This document shows positions 18,319 through 27,995 of a stretch of DNA of 64,000 nt, piece by piece. Position numbers and translations under genes: made by a program. Source of the DNA: an uncultured PS1 clade bacterium (GTDB lineage: Bacteria; Pseudomonadota; Alphaproteobacteria; MED-G09); contig CACLNZ010000004.1 in NCBI GenBank assembly GCA_902608415.1, positions 2,394 through 66,393 of the forward strand. The letters run 5' to 3'. The stretch's first letter is position 1. The number at the start of each line of letters is the position of its first letter. The notes beneath the pieces were generated by a model that ran no database searches, was not told the origin of the DNA, and was given only the letters and a program-made list of their open reading frames with translations.

Positions 18319-21148
18319 TAATTTCTCTCATTACATCCGCATCACGAAGACTTAGGTCTGGGTATTCCTTATCCGTCCCTACTTCTGGTAAAATTTTCCA
18401 AGATCTGCTACATTTATTACCTTCTGCAATATCACATATCACAGCAACATCATTAATTTCATCCAAAGTAAATGCATTTTTGGGACCTTTTTCATTTCTC
18501 AACTCTGCTTGGGAAGTAATAAATATCTCAGGTAAATCAATATCTTTTAATGCACCAACATAATTGTCATCTGAAATAAAAAGTATTGGTTTTGCTTCAA
18601 GACTTGAGCCAATTCTTTTTTCTTTTCTTTCAAGCTCAATTGCTCCAGTAACTACCTTTCTTATTGATCTAATGCTCTCCCATTTTTCAAATAATTCTGA
18701 ATTATTCCATTCATTTTTAACATCTAAAAATTGCATTTCATGAATAGAATTTTTTAAATCAGGAAATCTAGATTTTCTGACTTCTTCAGCAGTAAAACAT
18801 AAAATTGGAGCAAACCACCTAACCAAATAATCAAAAAGTAAATCAAGAACAGTCCTAGTTGATTTTCGTATATTGCTTTTTGGACTGTCGCAATATAAGC
18901 AATCTTTTCTTATGTCAAAATAAAATGAAGAAAGATCAAGGTTTGAAAAATTTAATAATATTTGAAACACTGACTTTAAATCAAAATTTTTATAAGACTC
19001 TCTAACTTCATTATCTATTAAGCAAAGCTTATGAAGAATATACCTTTCTAACTCTGGCATATTTTTATAATCTACAATTTCATCTTCAGAAAAGTTATCA
19101 AGGTTTCCGAGTAAAAAACGAAAAGTATTTCTAATTTTTCTATAAGACTCTACATTTGCTTTCATGATGTCCTGGCCAACTCTTAGATCGTCTGTAAAGT
19201 CGGAAGAAACTACCCACAATCTGATAACATCAGCACCATATTGTTTAATCAAATCTTCAGGTTTAGTAACATTTCCAAGTGATTTAGATTCTTTTTTTCC
19301 ATCTTTATCAACTACAAATCCATGAGTTAAAACCTTTTTAAAGGGTGCTTTACCTCTTGTTCCACACCCAACAAGTAATGAAGACTGGAACCAACCACGA
19401 TGTTGATCTGATCCCTCAAGATATAAATCTGCAGGAATACCTATTCCTTGATTTCCCTCTAATACAAAAGCTTGTGTAGATCCTGAGTCAAACCAAACAT
19501 CTAAAATATCATCAATTTTTTCCCATTCATCAGAATTATACTTTTCGCCCAAAATTTCTTCTGAAGATAACTCAAACCAAGAGTCTGAACCATATTCTTT
19601 AAAACTATTAAATATTTTTTCATTTATTTCTTTATCTTTAAGGATTTCTCCTGTTTTTTTATTTAAAAAGATTGCTAAAGGTACTCCCCATGCCCTTTGA
19701 CGAGATACAACCCAATCTGGTCTGTTATCTACCATGGATTTAATTCTATTTTTCCCTCTCTTAGGTATCCATTCGACATTCTCGATCGCAGATAAAGATT
19801 TATTTCTAAGATTATTTTTTTCCATAGAAATAAACCACTGAGGGGTATTTCTAAATAATAAAGGCGCTTTAGATCTCCAACTATGAGGATATTGATGACG
19901 GAGTTTGCCTTTTGCAAATAAGGCATTGCAATTAATTAATTCTCTAATAACTGCGCCATTACCATCACCGTAAGAACCATCATCCTCATATACTTTCTTT
20001 CCAGAAAAGATTTTTACACTTGGCAAATAAACACCTTCATCATCAATCATGAAAGGGGCCTCAATTCCATTTTTAGATGCTAAATCATAATCATCCTGAC
20101 CATGGCTAGGAGCAATATGCACAAAACCTGTTCCTGTTTCATCAGTAACAAATTCACCCTCTAGAAGAGGAATATCAAAATCATAGCCAAGAGGATTAAA
20201 AGGATGTTGACAAACTAATTTTTCAATATCATCAACATTTTGAATAAGATTTATTTTTGTTTTTGATGCGTTTTCTAGGTTTTCCTTGAGAGAGTTATTA
20301 ATGATTATTTTTTCCCCAATTTTTGCTAAACTGCCTTCTTCTATTTCCATAACCTCATAAAGTCCATATTCATACTTCGATGAAAAGGCAATTGCTCTAT
20401 TTGCAGGGATTGTCCATGGAGTAGTTGTCCAAATAAGAATACTAGAATCGTCATATGGTTTTTCTTTTGAAGTTAAAGGAAATTTAACCCAGATTGTTGG
20501 CGAAACATGCTCTTTATACTCTACCTCAGCCTCAGCTAATGCAGTTTTTTCTATAACTGACCACATAACAGGTTTAGATCCACAATACAAATCATCATTC
20601 ATTAAAAATTTATGAAATTCTCTAACGATAATAGCTTCGGATTCGAATTCCATTGTTGTGTAAGGGTTTTCCCAGTCCCCAAAAACACCTAATCTTTTAA
20701 ATTCTTCTTTTTGAACTTTAATCCATTTCTTTGCAAATAATCTACACTCACTTCTGAATTCATTTATTGGTACTTCTTCTTTTGACTTTCCTTGCTCTCT
20801 ATACTGTTCTTCAATTTTCCATTCGATAGGAAGGCCATGACAGTCCCACCCTGGTCTATAAATTGCATCAAAACCTGCCATTTGTTTAGATTTAACAATT
20901 ACATCTTTAAGGATTTTATTTAATGCTGTGCCCATATGCACATTACCATTTGCATAAGGGGGTCCATCGTGAAGAACAAACTTTTCCTTACCGTGAGAAG
21001 ATTTTCTGATAGAGGTATATGTATCAATCTTATCCCAATTCTCTAAAAGTATAGGTTCATTTTCAGATAATTTAGCTTTCATTGGAAGGTCTGTCTTTGG
21101 TAAAAGAAGAGTATCTCGATAATCCTTAGTATTTTTTTTATCTGACAT
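18302..21148 (-). CDS. ileS: Isoleucine--tRNA ligase
   Basis: 948 aa. 'PPYANGNVHMGTALNK' (HIGH region), 'WDCHGLPIE', 'KESKSLGN' (KMSKS region), editing-domain insert. Confidence 0.97.
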   Translation of the reverse strand: MSDKKNTKDYRDTLLLPKTDLPMKAKLSENEPILLENWDKIDTYTSIRKSSHGKEKFVLHDGPPYANGNVHMGTALNKILKDVIVKSKQMAGFDAIYRPGWDCHGLPIEWKIEEQYREQGKSKEEVPINEFRSECRLFAKKWIKVQKEEFKRLGVFGDWENPYTTMEFESEAIIVREFHKFLMNDDLYCGSKPVMWSVIEKTALAEAEVEYKEHVSPTIWVKFPLTSKEKPYDDSSILIWTTTPWTIPANRAIAFSSKYEYGLYEVMEIEEGSLAKIGEKIIINNSLKENLENASKTKINLIQNVDDIEKLVCQHPFNPLGYDFDIPLLEGEFVTDETGTGFVHIAPSHGQDDYDLASKNGIEAPFMIDDEGVYLPSVKIFSGKKVYEDDGSYGDGNGAVIRELINCNALFAKGKLRHQYPHSWRSKAPLLFRNTPQWFISMEKNNLRNKSLSAIENVEWIPKRGKNRIKSMVDNRPDWVVSRQRAWGVPLAIFLNKKTGEILKDKEINEKIFNSFKEYGSDSWFELSSEEILGEKYNSDEWEKIDDILDVWFDSGSTQAFVLEGNQGIGIPADLYLEGSDQHRGWFQSSLLVGCGTRGKAPFKKVLTHGFVVDKDGKKESKSLGNVTKPEDLIKQYGADVIRLWVVSSDFTDDLRVGQDIMKANVESYRKIRNTFRFLLGNLDNFSEDEIVDYKNMPELERYILHKLCLIDNEVRESYKNFDLKSVFQILLNFSNLDLSSFYFDIRKDCLYCDSPKSNIRKSTRTVLDLLFDYLVRWFAPILCFTAEEVRKSRFPDLKNSIHEMQFLDVKNEWNNSELFEKWESIRSIRKVVTGAIELERKEKRIGSSLEAKPILFISDDNYVGALKDIDLPEIFITSQAELRNEKGPKNAFTLDEINDVAVICDIAEGNKCSRSWKILPEVGTDKEYPDLSLRDADVMREINDKGN

Positions 21149-22066
21149 TTATTTATCCAATATTTTAATTGCTTTTTTAGAGTCCAATGCAATTTGTTCT
21201 TTTAGTAAATCAATACCATCAAATTTTTTTTCTTTTCTGATAAACTCGATAAACGAAACTACTATATCCTTACCATAAATATCTTTTGAAAAGTCAAATA
21301 AATGGGTCTCAAGAAGTAATTTTTCACCATCAAAAGTTGGTCTAATACCATAGTTAGATACGCCATTATAACTCATACCATCTATCTCAACTTTAACAGC
21401 ATAAACACCAAAATTTATTTGCAAAAAATCATTTACTTCTAAATTAGCAGTTGGAAAACCAATTTCTCTACCTCTCTTATCACCTGAAACGACTGTTCCT
21501 TTTATTAACCATTTATGACCAAGCATTTTTTCAGCTTCTTTGAAATCGCCAACTTTTAAAAGATCTCTCACATTTGATGAAGAAAGAACAGTTTCATCCT
21601 TTTTTTGTTCCTCTACAATTTTAACAATAATATTGTTCTGTGAACATATTCTTTTTAAGTCTTCAATATCGCCAGCCCTATTTTTACCAAATCGAAAGTC
21701 ATAGCCAACTATTATTACTGATGGTTTAATTGTTTCAATTATAATATCATTAATGAATTCTTCAGGGCTTCTTTCGGCCATATTTTTATCAAAATTCAAA
21801 ACAACGAAGCATTCTATACCAAGTCTATTCAGCAAAAACTCTTTAGTTTTTAAATCAGATAAATAAAAATTTTTAGAGTTCTTGCTAAAAAATTTTCTTG
21901 GATGAGGCTCAAATACGATTACACCTGCATAGGAGGATTTTTTAATGGATGTTTCTTTAGCAATTTCAATAATTTCTTTATGACCCAGATGTACTCCGTC
22001 AAAATTACCTAAAGCAAAAACCCCTCCTGGTTCAATAACTTTGTTATAATTTTTTACAACTAACAT
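21149..22066 (-). CDS. ribF: Bifunctional riboflavin kinase / FMN adenylyltransferase
   Basis: 'ALGNFDGVHLGH', 'GYDFRFG', 'GFPTANL', 'ETHLFDF'. Abuts the ileS start. Confidence 0.93.
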   Translation of the reverse strand: MLVVKNYNKVIEPGGVFALGNFDGVHLGHKEIIEIAKETSIKKSSYAGVIVFEPHPRKFFSKNSKNFYLSDLKTKEFLLNRLGIECFVVLNFDKNMAERSPEEFINDIIIETIKPSVIIVGYDFRFGKNRAGDIEDLKRICSQNNIIVKIVEEQKKDETVLSSSNVRDLLKVGDFKEAEKMLGHKWLIKGTVVSGDKRGREIGFPTANLEVNDFLQINFGVYAVKVEIDGMSYNGVSNYGIRPTFDGEKLLLETHLFDFSKDIYGKDIVVSFIEFIRKEKKFDGIDLLKEQIALDSKKAIKILDK

Positions 22067-22075
22067 TAGAAATAT

Positions 22076-22933
22076 TTACCAATTAAATTCATCTATAAAA
22101 AAATTAGGATATATACCCTTATTTTCTATCGATTCTAAAATTTTATCTTTACTATTGTTGGAAAATAACCCTCCAAGGACTAAAATAGAATCCAAACCAA
22201 TTAAATTTGCTCCCTTAATGTCTGTTTCCAAGCCGTCGCCTACAACTAAAATACTTTGTTTGTTTGAAAGGCTTATTTTTTTTATCTTTTCAATGGCTTC
22301 ATTAAAAATTGGTGAATACGGTTTTCCAATATTTACGACTTTTCCTCCAATGTTTTCATAGGTTTTTGAAATTAACCCAGCACATGGTATTAGTTTTTTT
22401 CCACGTTGAACCAAAAGATCAGGATTTGCACAAACCAAAGTCATATTTCTTTCTTTTGCAGAATTTAGAAGATCTAAATAATCATTTTCATCTTCATTTT
22501 CATCATCAAAAAGCCCAGTAACAAAAATAAAATCTGAGTCATTGAAATCAACCCTTTTAACACTTGTGCCTTCAAATATATTTAAATCTCTATCAGGTCC
22601 AATATGATAACAATTATCACCAAATATTTTTTCATTAAGTGATTTTCTTGTTAAATCTCCTGATGTGATTATGTCATCGTAGCAATCACTCTTAAAACCA
22701 AAGTTATCTAAAACTGTTTTAACATATGAAGATGGCCTAGGAGCATTAGATAAAAGTATGACAAGTTTATTTTGTTCTTTGTAGTTAAGCAGGCATTCAT
22801 TTATACCTGGAAATAGCTCTTGCCCATTATGAATTACTCCCCAAATATCACATATCAAAGCATCATATTGATATGAAATATCAGAAAACCTCTTAACCTC
22901 CTGCAATCCCTCAAAACTATTTTCCATTTGCAA
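22076..22933 (-). CDS. HAD-superfamily subfamily IIA hydrolase (TIGR01459-like)
   Basis: 'ALICDIWGVIHNG' (DxxG nucleophile motif), 'LLSNAPR', 'GKP', 'VGDGLETDIKGA'. Confidence 0.7.
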   Translation of the reverse strand: MQMENSFEGLQEVKRFSDISYQYDALICDIWGVIHNGQELFPGINECLLNYKEQNKLVILLSNAPRPSSYVKTVLDNFGFKSDCYDDIITSGDLTRKSLNEKIFGDNCYHIGPDRDLNIFEGTSVKRVDFNDSDFIFVTGLFDDENEDENDYLDLLNSAKERNMTLVCANPDLLVQRGKKLIPCAGLISKTYENIGGKVVNIGKPYSPIFNEAIEKIKKISLSNKQSILVVGDGLETDIKGANLIGLDSILVLGGLFSNNSKDKILESIENKGIYPNFFIDEFNW

Positions 22934-23022
22934 TTCACTAATCTAACTATCATATTCAGTCAACTATTGGTTCATTTAGTTTTAAAGCTCTGGTAAGTTA
23001 AAGTTACTAAAAGGAGGGATTC

Positions 23023-23787
23023 ATGAATTTATTTGATTTAGATGGCAAAAACGCACTAATCACAGGCTCGACAAAAGGTATTGGTGAAGCTATAGCAAGA
23101 CAATTTTCAAATCATGGAGCAAAAGTGGTTATATCTAGTAGAAAAGAGGATTTATGTGAACAAGTAAAAGATGACATAAATAGTAAAAACCCAGAAAGCG
23201 CAGTTTCTATTCCTTGTAATATTAACCATAAAGAACAATTAGAAAACTTAGTTAATGAAACAAATAAACAACTTGGAGGAGTTGATATACTTGTTTGTAA
23301 TGCAGCAATTAATCCCTTTTTTGGATCATCATTAAATATCCCAGATGATGCTTTCGATAAAATATTAAGTGCAAATATAAAATCCAATCATTGGCTTTGT
23401 AATCTTGTGCTACCTCAAATGATAGAAAAAAAAGATGGTGTAATAATAATTATTTCGTCTGTTGGAGGTTTGAAAGGGTCGGAACTTCTCGGCGCATACA
23501 GCATATCCAAAGCAGCAGATATGCAACTAGCAAGAAATATAGCAGTTGAACATGGGCCAAACAATATAAGAGCAAATTGCATTTCACCAGGATTAGTAAA
23601 AACTTACTTTGCAAAGGCTCTTTGGGATAATCCTGAAATTCTTGAAAACACAACATCGAAAGCACCCCTAAGAAGAATTGGTATGCCAGATGAAATAGCT
23701 GGAGCTGCAGTTTTCCTAGCGAGTGATGCTGGTGCTTTTACAACTGGGCAGAATTTTGTGATTGATGGTGGCGTAACTATTACATAG
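23023..23787 (+). CDS. Short-chain dehydrogenase/reductase (SDR)
   Basis: 'ITGSTKGIGEAIA', 'CNAA', 'YSISKAA'. AAGGAGGG Shine-Dalgarno upstream. Confidence 0.85.
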   Translation: MNLFDLDGKNALITGSTKGIGEAIARQFSNHGAKVVISSRKEDLCEQVKDDINSKNPESAVSIPCNINHKEQLENLVNETNKQLGGVDILVCNAAINPFFGSSLNIPDDAFDKILSANIKSNHWLCNLVLPQMIEKKDGVIIIISSVGGLKGSELLGAYSISKAADMQLARNIAVEHGPNNIRANCISPGLVKTYFAKALWDNPEILENTTSKAPLRRIGMPDEIAGAAVFLASDAGAFTTGQNFVIDGGVTIT

Positions 23788-23797
23788 GAAGATACTA

Positions 23798-24829
23798 ATG
23801 GAAGTTTTATTATTGGGTGAGAAATGTACTCCATATTTATCTATATTCAGTAAAAATTTGGATGAAAGATGGAAAATCTCTACTTGGAAACCTGAAGAAG
23901 GAAGTGATATTCTTGTTAAAAAATATAAATCGGCAGAAATAATTGTTACTGGCTTCGATGCAATGAATACTGGCAATGTATTTAAATATATTTCAGAAGC
24001 AAAAAACTTAAAATTACTTCAAATACCTTTTGTTGGTGTAGATTGGCTTGATAAATCGTTTATCCCTTCAAATGTTATGATAGCAAATGCGTCAGGACAT
24101 GAAATAGCAATGGCTGAGTACACTATTGGAACAATGCTAGCTTTAGCGCTAGACCTATTTAATGTTGATAAATCATTTAGAGATGGCTCTTGGGAAAATT
24201 GGCCTGGGCTTACACATACAAAATTAATAAATAATGAAATTTTTGGAAAAACACTTGGTATTATAGGTTATGGATTAATTGGTCAAGAATGCGCAAAAAG
24301 AGGGAAAAGCCTTGGAATGGAAGTTATGGGAATTAATAGAAAAATAAAGAAAATACTTCCTCAAAACCTTGACTGGCATGGATCAACTGATGAAATAGAT
24401 AAATTACTTAGCGAAAGCGATTATGTTTTACTAGCCTGCGATTTAAATGAGACAACACATAATCTTATAAATAAGGAAACACTAGGTAAAATGAAAAAAA
24501 CTTCTTTTCTTATTAATATAGCTAGAGGAAATGTTTGTAACGAAGATGATTTATACAATTGTCTTAAAAATAAAAAAATCGCAGGTGCAGCAATAGATAC
24601 TTGGTGGGTATATCCATATTCTAATAAAGAAAATAAAAATCCAATGCCATCAAATCTCCCTTTTCATGAGTTAACAAATTTAATCATGTCTCCGCATAAC
24701 TCTTCAAATTCATTGGAATCTGATATAAGAAGAGCTGAGTTTATGTCTAAAAACTTTTTGGCATTTAAAAATAACGATGAGGTTCCTGGTTTCGTTTTCT
24801 ATGGAACAGGAGATAAAGTAGAGGTATAA
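23798..24829 (+). CDS. D-isomer-specific 2-hydroxyacid dehydrogenase family protein
   Basis: 'GIIGYGLIGQECAKRG' NAD motif, 'INIARG', 'AAIDTW', 'SPHNSS'. Confidence 0.8.
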   Translation: MEVLLLGEKCTPYLSIFSKNLDERWKISTWKPEEGSDILVKKYKSAEIIVTGFDAMNTGNVFKYISEAKNLKLLQIPFVGVDWLDKSFIPSNVMIANASGHEIAMAEYTIGTMLALALDLFNVDKSFRDGSWENWPGLTHTKLINNEIFGKTLGIIGYGLIGQECAKRGKSLGMEVMGINRKIKKILPQNLDWHGSTDEIDKLLSESDYVLLACDLNETTHNLINKETLGKMKKTSFLINIARGNVCNEDDLYNCLKNKKIAGAAIDTWWVYPYSNKENKNPMPSNLPFHELTNLIMSPHNSSNSLESDIRRAEFMSKNFLAFKNNDEVPGFVFYGTGDKVEV

Positions 24830-24837
24830 TAATTGAT

Positions 24838-25056
24838 ATGAATAATTCAGATAAAAAAATCGAAAGAATAACTGTATTAGCAAAAGATTTTACACCAGCA
24901 GCCATGGAATTTCATAAAAAGAATATGAGTGCAAAAGGATATAGAATGGAAGGCACTATAGTACCAAGAAGATTTCAAATTATTGAAGGTGTTGATGACG
25001 CAAAAGATTTATTTGAAGGTGAAGAATATTATGCTGTAACCTTTGTAAAAGAATAA
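24838..25056 (+). CDS. Small hypothetical protein (72 aa)
   Basis: ORF only. It fills the gap exactly between two genes and has an ordinary, non-repetitive composition. I recognise no family. Confidence 0.45.
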   Translation: MNNSDKKIERITVLAKDFTPAAMEFHKKNMSAKGYRMEGTIVPRRFQIIEGVDDAKDLFEGEEYYAVTFVKE

Positions 25057-25058
25057 AT

Positions 25059-25802
25059 TTATTCGAGTATCTTATTCTTTATTTTATCGATTATATCTAA
25101 AGTGATATTCAATTCCTTAATCACAAAATCATCAATTTTAATGTATCTACTCTCTATTTCATTAAACGCAGCATTTATATAATCTATTCTTGCTTCAAAA
25201 AGAGGTTTAATTTTTTTTGAAATCACTTCATTCCAGTTACTCCCTGATGTAGGGCCTTTATAATATTTGTTAGTTAATAAGTAATCTTCAATAATTACAT
25301 CTTTCTTAACACCCATTAAACCCAATAAAAGCAATGACGCAAAGCCTGTTCTGTCCTTACCTGCAAAGCAATGAAAGACAATCGGTATTTCTCCTAAGGC
25401 AATATTTTCAAGAAATGAAGAATATTTTTTTTTATGCTGATTTACATATAAAACATAATGACTTTGAAGTGCATTTGCTAGTTCTTGACTAGTAATACCT
25501 TCTCTAGATGAAAGCTCCTGGAGATCATGTGTCCCAAGTGTTTTAATAGGTATATGAAGTAATTTTGGCGAGGATAATTGGTTGAACGGAGATGGATTCT
25601 CTATCATTTCATTTTCACTTCTAAAATCACAAACAGTTTTTATTCCTAATTTATTAAGGACATTAAAATCTGATGAAGTCAGGTTTGATAAATGATCAGA
25701 TCTATAAATTAAACCTTTTCGAATTTTAGATCCTTCTGATGCTTCATAACCACCCAAATCTCTAAAATTAGTTGCACCTTCAAGTTGAATAGTTCTTTCC
25801 AA
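25059..25802 (-). CDS. Protein-tyrosine/dual-specificity phosphatase-like protein
   Basis: Active-site P-loop 'HCFAGKDRTG' (C-x5-R). N-terminal 'GATNFRDLGG' is typical of the Y_phosphatase3 type. Confidence 0.8.
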   Translation of the reverse strand: MERTIQLEGATNFRDLGGYEASEGSKIRKGLIYRSDHLSNLTSSDFNVLNKLGIKTVCDFRSENEMIENPSPFNQLSSPKLLHIPIKTLGTHDLQELSSREGITSQELANALQSHYVLYVNQHKKKYSSFLENIALGEIPIVFHCFAGKDRTGFASLLLLGLMGVKKDVIIEDYLLTNKYYKGPTSGSNWNEVISKKIKPLFEARIDYINAAFNEIESRYIKIDDFVIKELNITLDIIDKIKNKILE

Positions 25803-25815
25803 TTAAATCTCCTAT

Positions 25816-25892
25816 GGTAGCGGGGGAGGGATTTGAACCCCCGACACGCGGATTATGATTCCGCTGCTCTAACCAACTGAGCTACCCCGCCA
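25816..25892 (-). tRNA. tRNA-Met (anticodon CAU; elongator-like, lysidine-modified Ile2 not excluded)
   Basis: Reverse complement is GGCGGGGTAGCTCAGTTGGTTAGAGCAGCGGAATCATAATCCGCGTGTCGGGGGTTCAAATCCCTCCCCCGCTACCA. It folds as a 77-nt cloverleaf with anticodon stem GCGGA/TCCGC, loop AUCAUAA, T-loop TTCAAAT and an encoded CCA. It lacks the 3 G-C pairs of initiator tRNA. Positions 1-72 form G-U. Confidence 0.9.
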
Positions 25893-25938
25893 TGAAATGA
25901 CACCATTAATCCTTTCAAGATATTAATGTCAACAATAC

Positions 25939-27063
25939 TTATTGAGTTATCCATCCTCCCCCAAGGACTCTTGATGAATTATTTGCATCATAGAAAACAC
26001 ATGCTTGACCAGGGGAAACACCCTCCACATCTTCGTAAAAGTTTATACATAACTGCTTATTTGATAAAAACAAATTAGCTAACTTTGGTTCTTGGGTTGA
26101 GCGTATTTTTGCTTTTATTTTAATTTTTTTATCTTCTATTTGACTGATATCATCATCTCCAATCCAATTTACATCCCTAACATAAATATTTCTTGTTCTT
26201 AAATCATCTTTTGAACCAAGAATTACATCATGATTGTCTGGATTAATATCAATTACATATAATGGTATTCCAGTTGCAACTCCGAGACCCTTTCTTTGCC
26301 CAATTGTAAAGTTGACTATACCTTTATGTTGGCCAAGTATATTTCCGTCAACAGATTTTAAATGGCCTGGCTTGAGATTATTTGGATCAATTTTTTTTAA
26401 AATATCAGCATATTTTCCGTCTGGAACAAAACATATATCTTGACTGTCTGGCTTATCAGAAACAGTTAAACCAATTTCATTTGCAAAAGATCTTATTTCA
26501 GATTTTTTAAAATCCCCAAGAGGAAACCTTAAAAATTCTAGTTGATCTCTTGTTGTTTTAAATAAAAAATAACTTTGATCTTTTTCTGAGTCTTTTGCGC
26601 GATGCAATTGGCGATTATGTTCAAAGCCTTGAGATATTATATAATGTCCAGTGATAAGAGCTTTAGCATTTAAACCTTTTGCAGCTTCAAACAAATCATC
26701 AAATTTAACTTTTTCATTACATAAAACACACGGTATTGGAGTTTCACCTTTTTGATAGGATTCTGAAAAACTATTAATAACTTTTTCTTTGAAAATATCT
26801 TCATAATTTAAAACATAATGAGGGATTCCAAGATCTGCAGCTACTTTTCTAGCATCTTGAATATCCTTTCCGGCACAACAGCTACCCTTTTTACCATTTG
26901 AAGATCCTGAGTCATATAATTTTAAGGTTATTCCAATAACAGAATATCCTGCGTTCTTAACCAACGCGGCAGCAACGGATGAGTCCACTCCTCCGCTCAT
27001 CGCCACAACAACTTTAGTCTCTTCTGGCTTTCCCTTTATATCTAAATCAATAACCGGTAACAT
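25939..27063 (-). CDS. mnmA: tRNA 2-thiouridine(34) synthase
   Basis: PP-loop 'VAMSGGVDSSVAA', 'CCAGKD', 'TPIPCVLCN', 'KDQSYFL'. Confidence 0.95.
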   Translation of the reverse strand: MLPVIDLDIKGKPEETKVVVAMSGGVDSSVAAALVKNAGYSVIGITLKLYDSGSSNGKKGSCCAGKDIQDARKVAADLGIPHYVLNYEDIFKEKVINSFSESYQKGETPIPCVLCNEKVKFDDLFEAAKGLNAKALITGHYIISQGFEHNRQLHRAKDSEKDQSYFLFKTTRDQLEFLRFPLGDFKKSEIRSFANEIGLTVSDKPDSQDICFVPDGKYADILKKIDPNNLKPGHLKSVDGNILGQHKGIVNFTIGQRKGLGVATGIPLYVIDINPDNHDVILGSKDDLRTRNIYVRDVNWIGDDDISQIEDKKIKIKAKIRSTQEPKLANLFLSNKQLCINFYEDVEGVSPGQACVFYDANNSSRVLGGGWITQ

Positions 27064-27172
27064 ATAAAAAACCTTAATATTTTAAAACCCTTATAAAGCA
27101 CTATAGGTTAATTATTCAATAATTTATAAATAATTTATTGATTTGAAATATGTTATATAACTAACTAATAAA

Positions 27173-27961
27173 ATGACCCAATATAATGATATAATCAATG
27201 AAATGGTTTCTTTGTCTTTTTTTGCAGGTGAAGAAATAATGAAGTTTTATCCAAATAAGATTGTTTCAGAAAAAAAAGATGACTTTTCTCCAGTTACAGA
27301 AGCTGACAGAGCATCAGATAAATTAATTTGCGACAGACTTGAAAAGAAATTTCCTGAAATATTATGTATTTCTGAAGAAAGCTATAAAAGTAAAAATTTA
27401 ACTAAAATTAGTGATATTTATTTTCTTATAGATCCTCTTGATGGAACAAAAGAATTCATCGAAAAAAATGATGAATTTACAGTCAATATTGCATTAATTA
27501 TAAATAACAAAACTGAATTCGGTGCTATTTATGCGCCAGCAAAAAGAGAGTTGTATTATACAAGTAATGAGAAAAAGTCATATCAATTAAACATAAATTA
27601 TAATGAAAATAATGTAAGATTAGAAAATTCAAAACAAATACATGTTTCTAATGAAAAAAAATATCTCATTTCAACTACTAGTAGGTCACATAATAATGAA
27701 AAAACTAACAACTATTTGAAAAATTATAAAATAAAAGACAAAATAATATGCGGATCCTCTCTTAAATTTTGCCTTATAGCAAATGGTACTGCAGATATTT
27801 ACCCAAGACTTGGCCCTACATGTGAATGGGATACTGCAGCTGGTCATGCAATACTAAATGGTGCAGGTGGATCTTTAAAAAAACTTAATGGTGATAATTT
27901 TCTATATGGAAAAATTGATAAAGATTTTTTAAATCCAGAATTTATTGCAACAAATTTTTAA
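27173..27961 (+). CDS. cysQ: 3'(2'),5'-bisphosphate nucleotidase / inositol monophosphatase family
   Basis: 'SPVTEADR', 'LIDPLDGTKEF', 'WDTAAGHAIL'. Confidence 0.7.
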   Translation: MTQYNDIINEMVSLSFFAGEEIMKFYPNKIVSEKKDDFSPVTEADRASDKLICDRLEKKFPEILCISEESYKSKNLTKISDIYFLIDPLDGTKEFIEKNDEFTVNIALIINNKTEFGAIYAPAKRELYYTSNEKKSYQLNINYNENNVRLENSKQIHVSNEKKYLISTTSRSHNNEKTNNYLKNYKIKDKIICGSSLKFCLIANGTADIYPRLGPTCEWDTAAGHAILNGAGGSLKKLNGDNFLYGKIDKDFLNPEFIATNF

Positions 27962-27995
27962 GTCCTATAATATTTTTATAAATTTGGAGTAACTT

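Noticed and set aside
25803-25938. tRNA-Met locus as an integration hotspot or genomic-island boundary.
   Set aside because: There is no integrase, no direct repeat of the tRNA 3' end and no compositional break in the flanking genes (a phosphatase and mnmA).
27064-27172. AT-rich direct and inverted repeats (AATAATTTATAAATAATTTATTG) between mnmA and the cysQ-like gene.
   Set aside because: This is low-complexity AT sequence typical of promoters in this genome, with no distinctive conserved core.
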